A DNA stretch of 62,359 nt, the filler included, from Coriobacteriales bacterium (GTDB taxonomy: Bacteria > Actinomycetota > Coriobacteriia > Coriobacteriales > UBA8131), in NCBI GenBank assembly GCA_031263105.1. It is 5 parts of 5 records of this genome, joined end to end, with 100 filler letters (N's around TTAATTAATTAA, not from the genome) between each part and the next. Parts side by side here need not be neighbours in the genome. Positions count along the whole stretch, not along the records: positions 13,385 to 34,993 come from JAISGJ010000218.1; 4 more parts are not named here. One strand, 5' to 3'. This document shows positions 18,887-28,710 of this stretch, one piece after another. Numbering within the stretch: the first letter of the stretch is position 1; every line of letters starts with the position of its first letter. The notes beneath the pieces were generated by a model. It did not search any database. It was not told the origin of the DNA and worked only from the letters and a program-made list of their open reading frames with translations. Made by a program: the position numbers and the translations under genes.

Positions 18887-21322
18887 ATGGCGTTTACGGG
18901 GTTTTTAAACAGATGCGCTCGGGCCCTCGGCCTGCATAGGGGGGGGGGGGGGGGGGGGGGGGCGCCCCACAAAGGGGAGGTAAGTGCCGATGAACAGGCT
19001 ATCAGGACTTCGCCTCTTTTTGACCATGAGTGGTATGCGCGACAGTATGAACTGCATGAGCTGGATACCGACACAGACGCAGCAGCCCATTACCTGAACG
19101 TCGGATGGAAGCTGGGCTACGCCCCTTCCGCCGGGTTCTCTTCCATTGCCTATTTGATATGCAGCCTCGATGTCCTGCGCACGGGGATGAACCCGCTCCT
19201 CCACTACATGCAGTACGGTCACAAGGAAGGGCGCAGGGTTCCCGAGGAGAAATATCTTCTGCCACCGAACCTCCCCGCACATCTGGGGAAGCGGGAGAAG
19301 GAGAAAATTCGTGCATCCGTTCAGCAGCAGGTCGAGCAGGCAAGGGTGCTGCAGGACGCAAGGATCGTGCAGGAGTATCCCCGAGACACCAAGAAGCTCA
19401 TCGTCCTCCTTGTTCCGCCTGCCGACATAATAAACGGTGGCTGCATGTCCATCTGCTCGATCGCGCACGTGACGCGCGAGCTGGCGGATGTCCATGGGAG
19501 CCAGGTCATTGTCGCGACGACCCCCTCGATCAACACGTTTGCGAACTACACGATGTTCGATGCGGGCTTCGACATATACCGCTTCGAGCAGCTGAACGAG
19601 TACTTCACCGATTTGGACGAGGTGCAGATACACATCCCGGAGAACCACTGTGTGGAACTCCTTCGTCGCATCTCGGCGCAAAGCGTGGCTTGGCTCGATC
19701 GCATCCCCGTCAGACGGGCGAACATCCTCAACCAGAACATCAAGCTGCTCCCCGATGTCATCATCGTCGACTACCTGAAGCGCTTCTTCACTGAGACCAC
19801 CATGACCATTGCGCATCAGCAGTACTGCACCCGTCAACTGCGCAGCAGCTATGACCTTTCGGTTCATTTCCTCTCGACGAGCAATCTGGTGGAGTACCAC
19901 TATAGGCCACCACATGAGAAGGAGCAGCTTTTGCTCTACTCGCCGGACGAGAGTCCTTATAAAGACGCTGTCCTTGACTCGATACGAGAAAAGCACCCCG
20001 AGCTTGAGCTCAGGGAGATAAAGGCGATGAATTACGGGGACTACCTGGCCACCTTGTCGCGGGCCAAATGGATGATCACGTTTGGGGAGGGGGTCGACGG
20101 CTACTTTCTCGAAAGTGCCAGGAGCGGCGCGATTCCCTTTGCGGTGTACAATTTCGACTTCTTCGACGACCGTTTCGACGGCTTGCCCACCGTGTATGAG
20201 ACCTATGCCGACATGCTGGAGAAGATTGCCAGCGACATCACGCGCTACGGAGACCCCGAAGTTTTCTCTGCGCTTTCAAGGCAGCTAATCGAACTTGACT
20301 CTGTGGTGTATGACGACGACGAGTATCGCGAGAACATCCGGCAGTTCTATCTGGGCAACTACACCCTGCCTATCGAGGAGGCCCATGCGTTGCAAAGGCG
20401 CAACCTCGAGGAGCAGCCTCTCATCTCCGTCGTTCTGGCGACCTATAACGGCGAGCGCTTCCTTAAAGGGCAGCTGACAAGTCTCAACAAGTCTACCTAC
20501 AAGAACATTGAGATTATCATCAGCGACGATGGGTCGACCGACGCCACCATGGACATCCTCAAGGCGTTTCCGTTCAAGCATCCTGTGACGATCGTCACCA
20601 ATTCAGGTACTCATGGTCCCGTGGGGAACTTCAACAACGCCATGAGTCTTGCCAAAGGGAAGTACTGGGCCCTCTGCGACCAAGATGACATCTGGTATGC
20701 CAAAAAGCTCGAGACGCTCTTGGCGCACATCGAAGACTACGATGTGATACAAGGGAGGCTCCGTGCCATCGACAGTGACGGACAGCAGCACGAAAGCGCC
20801 GCCATACGTCGGATGTATGAGACCGACCGAAGCAGGCAGTACCGCTTTGCCGACTTTGTTTTTGAAAGTCCTATTCTTGGAAGTGCTGCACTTGTCAGGG
20901 CCGACCTCGTGAGGGAGCTCCTCCCCATTCCCGATGAGGTGATATTCCACGACTGGTGGATCGTTTTGAATGCGATAAAGCGCAATGGAATCTGTTACAC
21001 AGACAAAGAGGTCATCAAGTACCGCCAGCATGGGGAAAATGTCGCCTATATGTTTTTCAATACTCCCGGGTTTCATCAACGGCTCCTTCAGCGCAGCAGG
21101 CTCATCGCGGAACGCCTGGGTGACAGGCTGAGCAGGCAGGAGCGCGTGCTTCTGGCACTCAGCCGTAATTGGTACGGGATGTACGAGTGTTTCTCAAAGG
21201 TAATGCCCCAGTGGGTGTATCCCTATTTCCACTCCAACACGCATGCACTCACCGGCAAAGCGCTTGCCTCCATCCAAGAGACAGCAGCGCAGATGTTGAA
21301 AGAGGGTGCCGGTGAGGATTGA
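18887..21322 (+). CDS. Paralogous multidomain glycosyltransferase with an in-frame G24 tract
   Basis: Co-linear with 16046-18727 but has one FDxxWY module; G run at 18939-18962. Confidence 0.9.
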   Translation: MAFTGFLNRCARALGLHRGGGGGGGAPHKGEVSADEQAIRTSPLFDHEWYARQYELHELDTDTDAAAHYLNVGWKLGYAPSAGFSSIAYLICSLDVLRTGMNPLLHYMQYGHKEGRRVPEEKYLLPPNLPAHLGKREKEKIRASVQQQVEQARVLQDARIVQEYPRDTKKLIVLLVPPADIINGGCMSICSIAHVTRELADVHGSQVIVATTPSINTFANYTMFDAGFDIYRFEQLNEYFTDLDEVQIHIPENHCVELLRRISAQSVAWLDRIPVRRANILNQNIKLLPDVIIVDYLKRFFTETTMTIAHQQYCTRQLRSSYDLSVHFLSTSNLVEYHYRPPHEKEQLLLYSPDESPYKDAVLDSIREKHPELELREIKAMNYGDYLATLSRAKWMITFGEGVDGYFLESARSGAIPFAVYNFDFFDDRFDGLPTVYETYADMLEKIASDITRYGDPEVFSALSRQLIELDSVVYDDDEYRENIRQFYLGNYTLPIEEAHALQRRNLEEQPLISVVLATYNGERFLKGQLTSLNKSTYKNIEIIISDDGSTDATMDILKAFPFKHPVTIVTNSGTHGPVGNFNNAMSLAKGKYWALCDQDDIWYAKKLETLLAHIEDYDVIQGRLRAIDSDGQQHESAAIRRMYETDRSRQYRFADFVFESPILGSAALVRADLVRELLPIPDEVIFHDWWIVLNAIKRNGICYTDKEVIKYRQHGENVAYMFFNTPGFHQRLLQRSRLIAERLGDRLSRQERVLLALSRNWYGMYECFSKVMPQWVYPYFHSNTHALTGKALASIQETAAQMLKEGAGED

Positions 21323-22409
21323 CGTAACCAAGACCTATCTCCCGCCGCTTGAGGAATACGTCAGCCTTTTAGAGGATATCTGGGAGTGCGGGCACATCAC
21401 GAACGGCGGCGCGTTCGTTCGCGAACTCGAGCAGGGACTCTCCGAGCGCTTCGATACGCGTTATGTCGCGGCTGTGGCAAACGGAACGCTTGCCCTGCAG
21501 TTGGGGCTTGATGCCTTGGGAATCACCGAAGGCGAGGTCATCACCACTCCCTTCACCTATGTGGCAACGGTTTCCTCCATCCTCTGGCAAAGATGTCGCC
21601 CGGTCTTTGCTGACATAGACCCTCAGACCCTCAATATGGATCCACAGAGGCTTGAGCGGCTCATCACCTCAAGGACGCGTGCCATCCTGCCGGTCCATGT
21701 GTTCGGCATCCCCTGCGCAGTCGACGAGATAGCCGCCATCGCCCAGGACAAACAGCTTCCCGTTATCTATGATGCCTCCCATGCGTTCGGGGTGCGTTAC
21801 AGGGGGAGATCCCTTCTCTCCTATGGCGACCTCTCGACCTGCTCGTTCCATGCGACCAAGCTCTTCCACACCGCTGAAGGGGGCTGTGTTGCAACCGATG
21901 ACAGCACGGTCTTCGAGAGGATCGAGCTTGTTCGTCGCTTCGGGCATAACGACGACGACCATAGCCGTCTCGGGATAAATGCCAAGCTCTCAGAGCTCCA
22001 TGCCGCCTTGGGCCTCGTCAATCTGCGCCACCTTCCGAAGCTTGTCGAGGCCCGCAGGCAGCTCAGCGATCGCTACGACGCGCGTTTGGCGGCAAGCCTC
22101 CGGGCCGGTCTTCTGCAACGCCCCCTCATTCCTGCCGAGACCACGTATAACTACGCGTATTATCCTATTCTGACCGCCTCTGAGGGGCAGGCGCGTGGCA
22201 TCCTCGACACCTTGGCGAGGCAGGACATCTTCCCTCGACGCTACTTCTACCCTTCGCTGAACCGGTTGCCCTATGTGCTGACAAGCGATGCCTGTCCCGT
22301 CTCTGACGATGTGTCCCGTCGTATCCTGTGCCTGCCCCTCTCTCACGCCCTCACGGAGTCTGAACAGGATATGATATGCGAGGGCATCTTGGAGGTTGTC
22401 GGACGATGA
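21312..22409 (+). CDS. DegT/DnrJ/EryC1/StrS sugar aminotransferase (VioA-like)
   Basis: VTKTYLPPLEEY, NGTLAL, YDASHAFG, SFHATKLFHTAEGG. Confidence 0.92.
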   Translation: MRIDVTKTYLPPLEEYVSLLEDIWECGHITNGGAFVRELEQGLSERFDTRYVAAVANGTLALQLGLDALGITEGEVITTPFTYVATVSSILWQRCRPVFADIDPQTLNMDPQRLERLITSRTRAILPVHVFGIPCAVDEIAAIAQDKQLPVIYDASHAFGVRYRGRSLLSYGDLSTCSFHATKLFHTAEGGCVATDDSTVFERIELVRRFGHNDDDHSRLGINAKLSELHAALGLVNLRHLPKLVEARRQLSDRYDARLAASLRAGLLQRPLIPAETTYNYAYYPILTASEGQARGILDTLARQDIFPRRYFYPSLNRLPYVLTSDACPVSDDVSRRILCLPLSHALTESEQDMICEGILEVVGR

Positions 22410-23113
22410 AGCTGGCTTTGATGCAACCGTATTTCTTTCCGTACTTGGGCTACTTCTCCCTCATCAGGGATGCGGACGAGTTTATCTTCTTCGATACCGT
22501 CCAGTACATGAGGAAGGGCTGGGGCAACCGGAACAGGATACTCCATCCCAAGGGCGGCGCGAACTATATCACGGTTCCCATCAAGAAGGCCCCTCGTCAG
22601 ACTGCGATAAGGGACATCCATGTCGACCATACGGCAGACTGGAGCAAGGATATACTGGCAAAGCTCGAAACCTATAAAAAGAAGGCCCCGCACTACCAAG
22701 AGGTTGTTGCGCTCATACGGGAGTGTTTCGACAAGCCCTCAGAGCTGTTGTCCGCACTTAACATCCACAGCACAGTCTTGACCTGTGAGTACATCGGCCT
22801 TCCCCTTAAGTCGCAGGTATGGGGAGAGATGAGCGTGGCGATTGACGAGGTGACGGCTCCGGACGAATGGGGCTTGAACGTGACAAAGGCACTGGGGTTC
22901 GATGCCTACACCAACCCTCATGGGGGGACAGAGTTCTTTGACAGAGAAAAGTATGCACAGGAGGGCATCGACCTCACCTTTGTGAAGAACCGGCTGACCC
23001 CCTATTCGCAGCGCAGGGACTCCTTCGAGCCGGGCCTGTCCATCATCGACGTGCTCATGTTCTGCTCGCCGGAGGAGACCCGTGTGCTCATCGACGACTA
23101 TGAGCTGTTGTAG
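22406..23113 (+). CDS. WbqC-family protein
   Basis: MQPYFFPYLGYF...NRNRI...LSIIDVLMF. Confidence 0.93.
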   Translation: MKLALMQPYFFPYLGYFSLIRDADEFIFFDTVQYMRKGWGNRNRILHPKGGANYITVPIKKAPRQTAIRDIHVDHTADWSKDILAKLETYKKKAPHYQEVVALIRECFDKPSELLSALNIHSTVLTCEYIGLPLKSQVWGEMSVAIDEVTAPDEWGLNVTKALGFDAYTNPHGGTEFFDREKYAQEGIDLTFVKNRLTPYSQRRDSFEPGLSIIDVLMFCSPEETRVLIDDYELL

Positions 23114-23129
23114 CAAGGGAGGCTTATTG

Positions 23130-24116
23130 ATGCCCTCGGAGCAAGCTGCAGCAGAAATCGGTGGCTATCCCTCGTTCGAGGCTTCCGGGCACCACCCTCT
23201 GAATCCTCGCGCTTTGATGCTCAATACTGCCAGGAACGCCATCGAATACGTCATCCGTGCGCGCGGTTACACCCGTCTGCTCCTGCCAAGGTGGTGCTGT
23301 GCCGCCTTGCTGACTCCCGCCAGCAGGCTCGGCGTGCCTGTCGACTGGTATGCGGTGGACTCCTCCCTGATGCCTCAGCTTCCTGCCGCAGTGCCGCGCG
23401 GCACCGTTGCCCTCGTCACCAACTATTTCGGCCTGCTTTCGCCGGAGGACGTACAGCGTATCGCACGTGAGGCCCAGGAGGAGCACGAAGGCCTGTCCGT
23501 CCTCATAGACAACTCGCAGGCTTACTTTGAGCCTCCCTTGCCCGGCTTGGACACGGTGTACTCCTGCCGTAAGTTCTTCGGGGTTCCTGACGGTGCCCTG
23601 CTGTTCTCCGATGCCGTCCTTGCGGACGAGTTGGAGTCCGACGAGTCCTTCAACCGCTTTGCCTACCTGTTCAAGCGGCTCGATTGTGGGGCGCAGGCGG
23701 GATACGCTGATTTTCAGGCAAACGAGAGCCTGCTTGACGACGTGCCGCTCAGATATATGAGCAGGAGCACCAGACAGGTTCTTCAGTCCCTGAACCGGGA
23801 ACAGGCGCGTCTTGCCCGGGAGGCGAACTGGCGCATTCTCCATGAGGCCCTGAAGGGGCGCAACCGCCTCTCCTTTGAGCGGATGCCTCCCGGGCCGCTG
23901 TGTTATCCCTTCCTCACCTCTGAGGGCCCCCGCCTGCGCGAGCGCCTGATAGTCCAAGGTGTTTTTGTTCCCACCTATTGGGCGGATGCGCTGAAGCGCT
24001 TGGGCGAGACCGATATTGAGTACGATTTTGTGGAGAACATCGTGGCGCTCCCGCTCGATCAGCGCTATGGGGCGGCGGACATGGAGCGGATAGTAGATTT
24101 GATCGAGCGACGTTGA
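23130..24116 (+). CDS. DegT-like PLP-fold protein (divergent)
   Basis: EIGGY, TNYFG, DNSQA, SCRKFFGVPDGA, LPLDQRY. Confidence 0.75.
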   Translation: MPSEQAAAEIGGYPSFEASGHHPLNPRALMLNTARNAIEYVIRARGYTRLLLPRWCCAALLTPASRLGVPVDWYAVDSSLMPQLPAAVPRGTVALVTNYFGLLSPEDVQRIAREAQEEHEGLSVLIDNSQAYFEPPLPGLDTVYSCRKFFGVPDGALLFSDAVLADELESDESFNRFAYLFKRLDCGAQAGYADFQANESLLDDVPLRYMSRSTRQVLQSLNREQARLAREANWRILHEALKGRNRLSFERMPPGPLCYPFLTSEGPRLRERLIVQGVFVPTYWADALKRLGETDIEYDFVENIVALPLDQRYGAADMERIVDLIERR

Positions 24117-24136
24117 GCGGATGGAGGCAATGGCCC

Positions 24137-25489
24137 ATGACAGGCAGTGGCGCCGAGAAGGGCGGGCAGAGGGACGGGAGGGGGAACGGGCTGGGAGACG
24201 AGAAAATTCGCGTCCTTATTTTCCCTGCGGGGGCGGAGAACGCGCTCGATATATTCGATGCTCTGCGCTACAGCTTGCGCATCGAGGTGTTCGGGGCATC
24301 GGGGAAGTCCGACCACGCGTCCTTTGTCTATCCAGAAGGCAGCTACTTCGAGGGCGACTATTATCTCACCGATGCGGGGTTTATCGACACCTTCAATTCA
24401 CTGATCGACGAGAACGCCATCGATGTTGTGATTCCCACGCATGATACCGTCGCCCTGTTCCTTGCCCAGCACCGCGGTGTCCTGAACGCCTGCGTCCTCA
24501 CCTCAAGTGCGGACACCGCGCTTGTGTGCAGGGAGAAGCGCCGAACCTTTGCCGCTTTTGCCGAAGAGGATTTCTGCCCGGCTGTCTATGGCGATGAGAC
24601 CGATGTGCCGCCAGGTGCCTTTCCGGTGTTCCTCAAGCCGAATGTCGGAGAGGGGGGCAGAGGCACGGTTTTCGCTGCTGACGCATCAGCCGTAAGGCAC
24701 GCCCGCTCGGCGGATCCCGACCTTGTGATTTGCGAGTACCTTCCCGGCGAGGAGCTGACGGTCGATTGCTTCTCCGACCGCAAGGGGCACCTGCATTTCG
24801 TTGGGCCGAGGCAACGCGACCGCATCCAGATGGGCATCTCCTTCCGTTCGCACACGCTGCCTCTAAGCGAGGACATCCAGGCGATTGCCGAGCGCATAAA
24901 CACACGGCTCGACCTGTTCGGCGGCTGGTTCTTCCAGCTGAAGCAGGCATCAGACGGTCGCTACAAGCTCATGGAGGTCGCCTGTCGTCATGCGGGCACC
25001 ATGGCGCTGTACCGCCACAAAGGGGTCAACTTCGCGCTTCTGGGTGTATTGGAATGTATGGGAATAGACACCGAGGTCATCGAGAACCCCGGAACGCTCG
25101 CCCTTGACCGTTGCCTCCGTGCACGCTATGCCTTCGACTTCTCCTATCAACACGTCTACCTCGATTTCGACGACACCCTTGTCATCGATGGCCAAGTGAA
25201 CAGAACGGCGATTGCATTCCTCTATCAGTGCGCGAACAACAAGAAAGAGGTGACCCTGCTCACGCGCCACGCACGGGATATCCGTCAGAGTCTAAAGAAG
25301 TATCGGATAGATCCCGGCCTCTTCGTTGACATCGTCAGCTTGGATTGGGGGCAGAACAAAGTGGACTTCATACGAATTGTGGACTCAATCCTGATAGACA
25401 ACAGCTTCGCCGAGCGGAAGTCCGCCTCCGATGCCTTGGGCATCCCCGTGTTCGATGTCGATGCCGTCGACGCGCTGCTCTTGCCGTAG
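24137..25489 (+). CDS. ATP-grasp protein with C-terminal HAD-like domain
   Basis: FLKPNVGEGGRG, EYLPGEELTVDC, FQLK...LMEV; YLDFDDTL and IDNSFAER. Confidence 0.85.
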   Translation: MTGSGAEKGGQRDGRGNGLGDEKIRVLIFPAGAENALDIFDALRYSLRIEVFGASGKSDHASFVYPEGSYFEGDYYLTDAGFIDTFNSLIDENAIDVVIPTHDTVALFLAQHRGVLNACVLTSSADTALVCREKRRTFAAFAEEDFCPAVYGDETDVPPGAFPVFLKPNVGEGGRGTVFAADASAVRHARSADPDLVICEYLPGEELTVDCFSDRKGHLHFVGPRQRDRIQMGISFRSHTLPLSEDIQAIAERINTRLDLFGGWFFQLKQASDGRYKLMEVACRHAGTMALYRHKGVNFALLGVLECMGIDTEVIENPGTLALDRCLRARYAFDFSYQHVYLDFDDTLVIDGQVNRTAIAFLYQCANNKKEVTLLTRHARDIRQSLKKYRIDPGLFVDIVSLDWGQNKVDFIRIVDSILIDNSFAERKSASDALGIPVFDVDAVDALLLP

Positions 25490-25494
25490 GCGAT

Positions 25495-25732
25495 GTTACT
25501 CGAACCCAAGGATTCCTCGGCTTCGCTCGGAATGACAGCGGGGTGTCAGTAACTGGGGTTACTGGTCCCAGGGTGCCAATTCCCCTCCCTCGGCGGGATG
25601 CCCCGAAGGGGCGGGGTGGTTCAAGGGCCGCGAGTCCGTTCCTGCCGCAGGTAAACCACCCCGCCCCCTGCGGGGGCACCCCTCCGAGGGAGGGGAATTG
25701 GCACCCGGCTGGCGACAGTGTCAGTAACTAAC
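25495..25732. mobile_element. MITE-like element with GTTAC.../...TAAC ends and 8-bp TSD TAGGCGAT, carrying two REP types
   Basis: TAGGCGAT at 25487-25494 and 25733-25740; internal TGTC half-REP and CCCCTCCC-type doublet at 25571-25706. Confidence 0.8.
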
Positions 25733-25828
25733 TAGGCGATTGCCCGTGTCATAGAGAGTGGCATTTCTCAACGATGCAGACAACAGGTATACTGTAGTTT
25801 TCCTATATCCGAGGCAGAAAGATCGAGG

Positions 25829-27487
25829 GTGTTGAAAGAAAAACTAGCGCAACTGCGTGCCCGGTTGGCGTTCAGGCGGCAGGTGCGTTGTGTCAGCAGA
25901 TCGCGACTCTTCGATCAAGAGTGGTATGTCGCGCAGAATCCCGAGGCGGCGTTGTGGCCGGGAGGCCCGGCGGCGCATTATCTGAACGTCGGGTGGGAGC
26001 AGGGCTGCGACCCCTCCCGTGCGTTCTTGAATGCGTCATATCTGCACCTCAACCGCGACGTGGCGAAGGCGCACTGCTGCCCCCTCCTGCACTATGAGGA
26101 ACATGGCAGGGCCGAGGGACGCAAGTACACGAATGCGCTGCGAAACAGCTACAAGACGCTTTCGCACGAGCGTGCTCGCGAACGCAGGCAGGGGCGACGG
26201 GAGTGTGCGCAGGACATACGGGAGAACAAGAACGCCCGGATTCTCGTCGTTCTTCATCTGTTCTACGAGGCCAGTTGGGTGGAAATCAGGGAGTACCTCA
26301 AGAACCTCAAGCCCTACCGCTACGACCTTGTCGTCTCCTACTGCGAGGGCTTCCTTTCCGAGAAGGCGCTGGATGCGGTGCGGGCCTTTATGCCGAATGT
26401 CACCTTGGTCTGCCGCGAGAACACGGGCGCCGACGTGAGGCACTTCTACGAGCTGCTGAAATCTGTGGATTTGGACGCCTACGACATCGTGTTCAAGCTC
26501 CACTCCAAAGGCACGAAGCGCAAAAGCTTCTTCATCTACAAGCAGCTCTTCATCAGGCGCGACTGGTTCCTCTACCTCTACGAGGGCATTCTGGGCGCGG
26601 TCACCGCTCACAAGACGATAGCGACCTTGATGCGGGAGAACAAGACCGGCATGATGGCGGCGGCGAACCTGATAGTCGAGGATCCTCCCCATAAGAAGAA
26701 GCTGGTCCACGCTTGCATGGCGGAGTGGGGCGTTCCCATCCCCAAGGAGTACCGCTTCGTCGCGGGCACCTGCTTCGCCGTGCGCGCGAAGCTGCTCAAG
26801 CCGCTCCAGGCGCTCGACGTTGACTTCGAGAGGAAGGGAGTTTTCAGTCCGGACCACGTGTTGGAGCGCATCTACTGTCTAGAGGTGCTCAATGTCGGCT
26901 ATGAAATCACCGGCAACCCCGTTATGGAGGATATCTACCAGCGAAGGAACAAAAACTCGGAGGCCCTCTCGGCCTTCTCCACCGAACGTCTCTATGACGA
27001 CGAGCGCTTCGTTGTTGACGAGGAGTTTTTCCATATGACCTTGGACAACCGGTTCATGGGGAAATACGAAATGGTGGAGATGCCCTTGAAGAATCTTCGC
27101 AGAGGGTATCCTCCGAAAATGCGGGAGCATTTCGGTCATCCGCCGGAGCCGGTGAAGATTCCTGATACCGAGCCCTACCAATACCTCCTTAACAACGACA
27201 AGGAAACCTATCGCGTCTACTGCGAGTGGCATCAGGACAACCATCTGCCATTTATGACGGAAGAGCGCTTCGATGCACTCGTCAGGAGCATCAAGGAGAA
27301 TGGTTTCGATCCCAAGTACCCTGTCGTTGTCAGCGCAGACAACGTCATCATAGACGGGCAGCATCGAGCCTGTTGCCTGTACCACGAGAAGGGCGGCGAC
27401 TTCATGGTCCCGGTGCTGCGGATACACCTCATCACTCGCACCAAGGCCCTGCAACGCATACGGGAGGCAGATGAGGCAGGGGACTGA
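25829..27487 (+). CDS. RgpF-like rhamnan synthesis protein with N-terminal FDxxWY module and C-terminal ParB/Srx-like domain
   Basis: LHLFY, ENTGAD, KLHSK, FVAGTCF, DHVLER; LVRSIKENGF...IIDGQHR. Confidence 0.8.
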   Translation: MLKEKLAQLRARLAFRRQVRCVSRSRLFDQEWYVAQNPEAALWPGGPAAHYLNVGWEQGCDPSRAFLNASYLHLNRDVAKAHCCPLLHYEEHGRAEGRKYTNALRNSYKTLSHERARERRQGRRECAQDIRENKNARILVVLHLFYEASWVEIREYLKNLKPYRYDLVVSYCEGFLSEKALDAVRAFMPNVTLVCRENTGADVRHFYELLKSVDLDAYDIVFKLHSKGTKRKSFFIYKQLFIRRDWFLYLYEGILGAVTAHKTIATLMRENKTGMMAAANLIVEDPPHKKKLVHACMAEWGVPIPKEYRFVAGTCFAVRAKLLKPLQALDVDFERKGVFSPDHVLERIYCLEVLNVGYEITGNPVMEDIYQRRNKNSEALSAFSTERLYDDERFVVDEEFFHMTLDNRFMGKYEMVEMPLKNLRRGYPPKMREHFGHPPEPVKIPDTEPYQYLLNNDKETYRVYCEWHQDNHLPFMTEERFDALVRSIKENGFDPKYPVVVSADNVIIDGQHRACCLYHEKGGDFMVPVLRIHLITRTKALQRIREADEAGD

Positions 27488-27559
27488 GGATGATTACGCC
27501 CAAGTCGTTTCTGTCAGGCCCCTTGTTCGCCTTAATTCCGATTGTGATACACTGGAGTC

Positions 27560-27608
27560 AGTAAACCCGCCGGCCTCTGTTTCATGCTCACTGGCGGGTC
27601 TTTATTTG
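27560..27608 (+). ncRNA. Candidate abiF-type leader/antitoxin RNA hairpin
   Basis: Follows TGATACACT extended -10. Stem ACCCGCCGG 27565-27573 pairs with CTGGCGGGT 27591-27599, 17-nt loop, U-rich tail, directly upstream of the Abi_2 gene. Confidence 0.55.
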
Positions 27609-27615
27609 GAGGGAC

Positions 27616-28710
27616 ATGGAATACACGAAGCAGTCACTGACATTTGACGAGCAGGCCGATCTCATCATCGGCCGAGGTATGATTTGCAACCGAGATGAAC
27701 TTATCTCTTGCTTGAAAAATGTCGGCTACTACCGCTTGAGTGGTTATTGGTACGACTTTAGGAATCTGGAGGGCTCATTTAAGCCGGGGACTGAATTCTC
27801 GGTCGTATGGAACACCTACGCATTCGACAGACAATTCAGGCTGTTGGTGCTCGATGCGACCGAGCGAGTCGAGATTTGTCTTCGTGCGCAGCTGGCCTAT
27901 GGGCTATCGCAGGCTGGCGGCGCATTCGGGTACTTGGATTCCGCAAATCTTCCCCGACTCGATTCAAAACAATACGACCACTTCATCAACAAGTGTCTTG
28001 AAAAGCACAGGCATTCCCGCGAGCGGTTTATTGAGCACTTCAAGACGAAGTACGGGGATGCACACAAGCTTCCACCTTACTGGGTGCTGGCGGGAACCAT
28101 GGATTTCGGACAGGTGCTCACCTTGTATCGTGGAGCTCCGGTTGATATCAGAAACCGTATTGCCCAGCAAATGACGGTAAGCGCCAAGGTATTGGAATCT
28201 TGGCTTGTATGTCTTAACACTGTCCGCAACATCTGTGCGCATCACGGCAGACTGTGGAATCGGGTATTGGGCACTCGGCCTGTTATACCCCATGACAAAC
28301 AATGGCATGAGCCATATGAGATACTTCCTGACAGAATGTTCGGTGCCTTGTCTGTCCTCAGTCATTTGCTTGGGACTATTGCCCCACAAAGTGAATGGCA
28401 TCTGCGCTTACTTGCTCTTTTCGATGAGTACCCCACGATTCCAAAAATGCATATGGGGTTCAAAGCGGGATGGCAGACTTCTCCGCTTTGGGAGAAATGG
28501 CTTTACCTCGACGATATCGGCAACGTTAACGGTCGGTCCCTTGAGGCCGAGGTGCGGCAGATTATAACCCGTGCCGCCAATGCCGACCGCATGGGAGAAG
28601 GTGTTGCGCAAATCGACCTAGGTACCCAGATACAAGCGATTTTCAAGGGTTCGGGCGAAGGGCTTGAGCTTCCGGCCCGCGACGAGGCCCAACGTGAGGT
28701 CGTCCTATGA
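27616..28710 (+). CDS. Abi_2 (AbiD/AbiF) HEPN protein fused to a FitA/VapB-like C-terminal tail
   Basis: VGYYRLSGY, YAFDRQFR, LPPYW, RNICAHH (RX4H); tail NGRSLEAEVRQII...GLELPAR. Lower GC than flanks. Confidence 0.85.
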   Translation: MEYTKQSLTFDEQADLIIGRGMICNRDELISCLKNVGYYRLSGYWYDFRNLEGSFKPGTEFSVVWNTYAFDRQFRLLVLDATERVEICLRAQLAYGLSQAGGAFGYLDSANLPRLDSKQYDHFINKCLEKHRHSRERFIEHFKTKYGDAHKLPPYWVLAGTMDFGQVLTLYRGAPVDIRNRIAQQMTVSAKVLESWLVCLNTVRNICAHHGRLWNRVLGTRPVIPHDKQWHEPYEILPDRMFGALSVLSHLLGTIAPQSEWHLRLLALFDEYPTIPKMHMGFKAGWQTSPLWEKWLYLDDIGNVNGRSLEAEVRQIITRAANADRMGEGVAQIDLGTQIQAIFKGSGEGLELPARDEAQREVVL

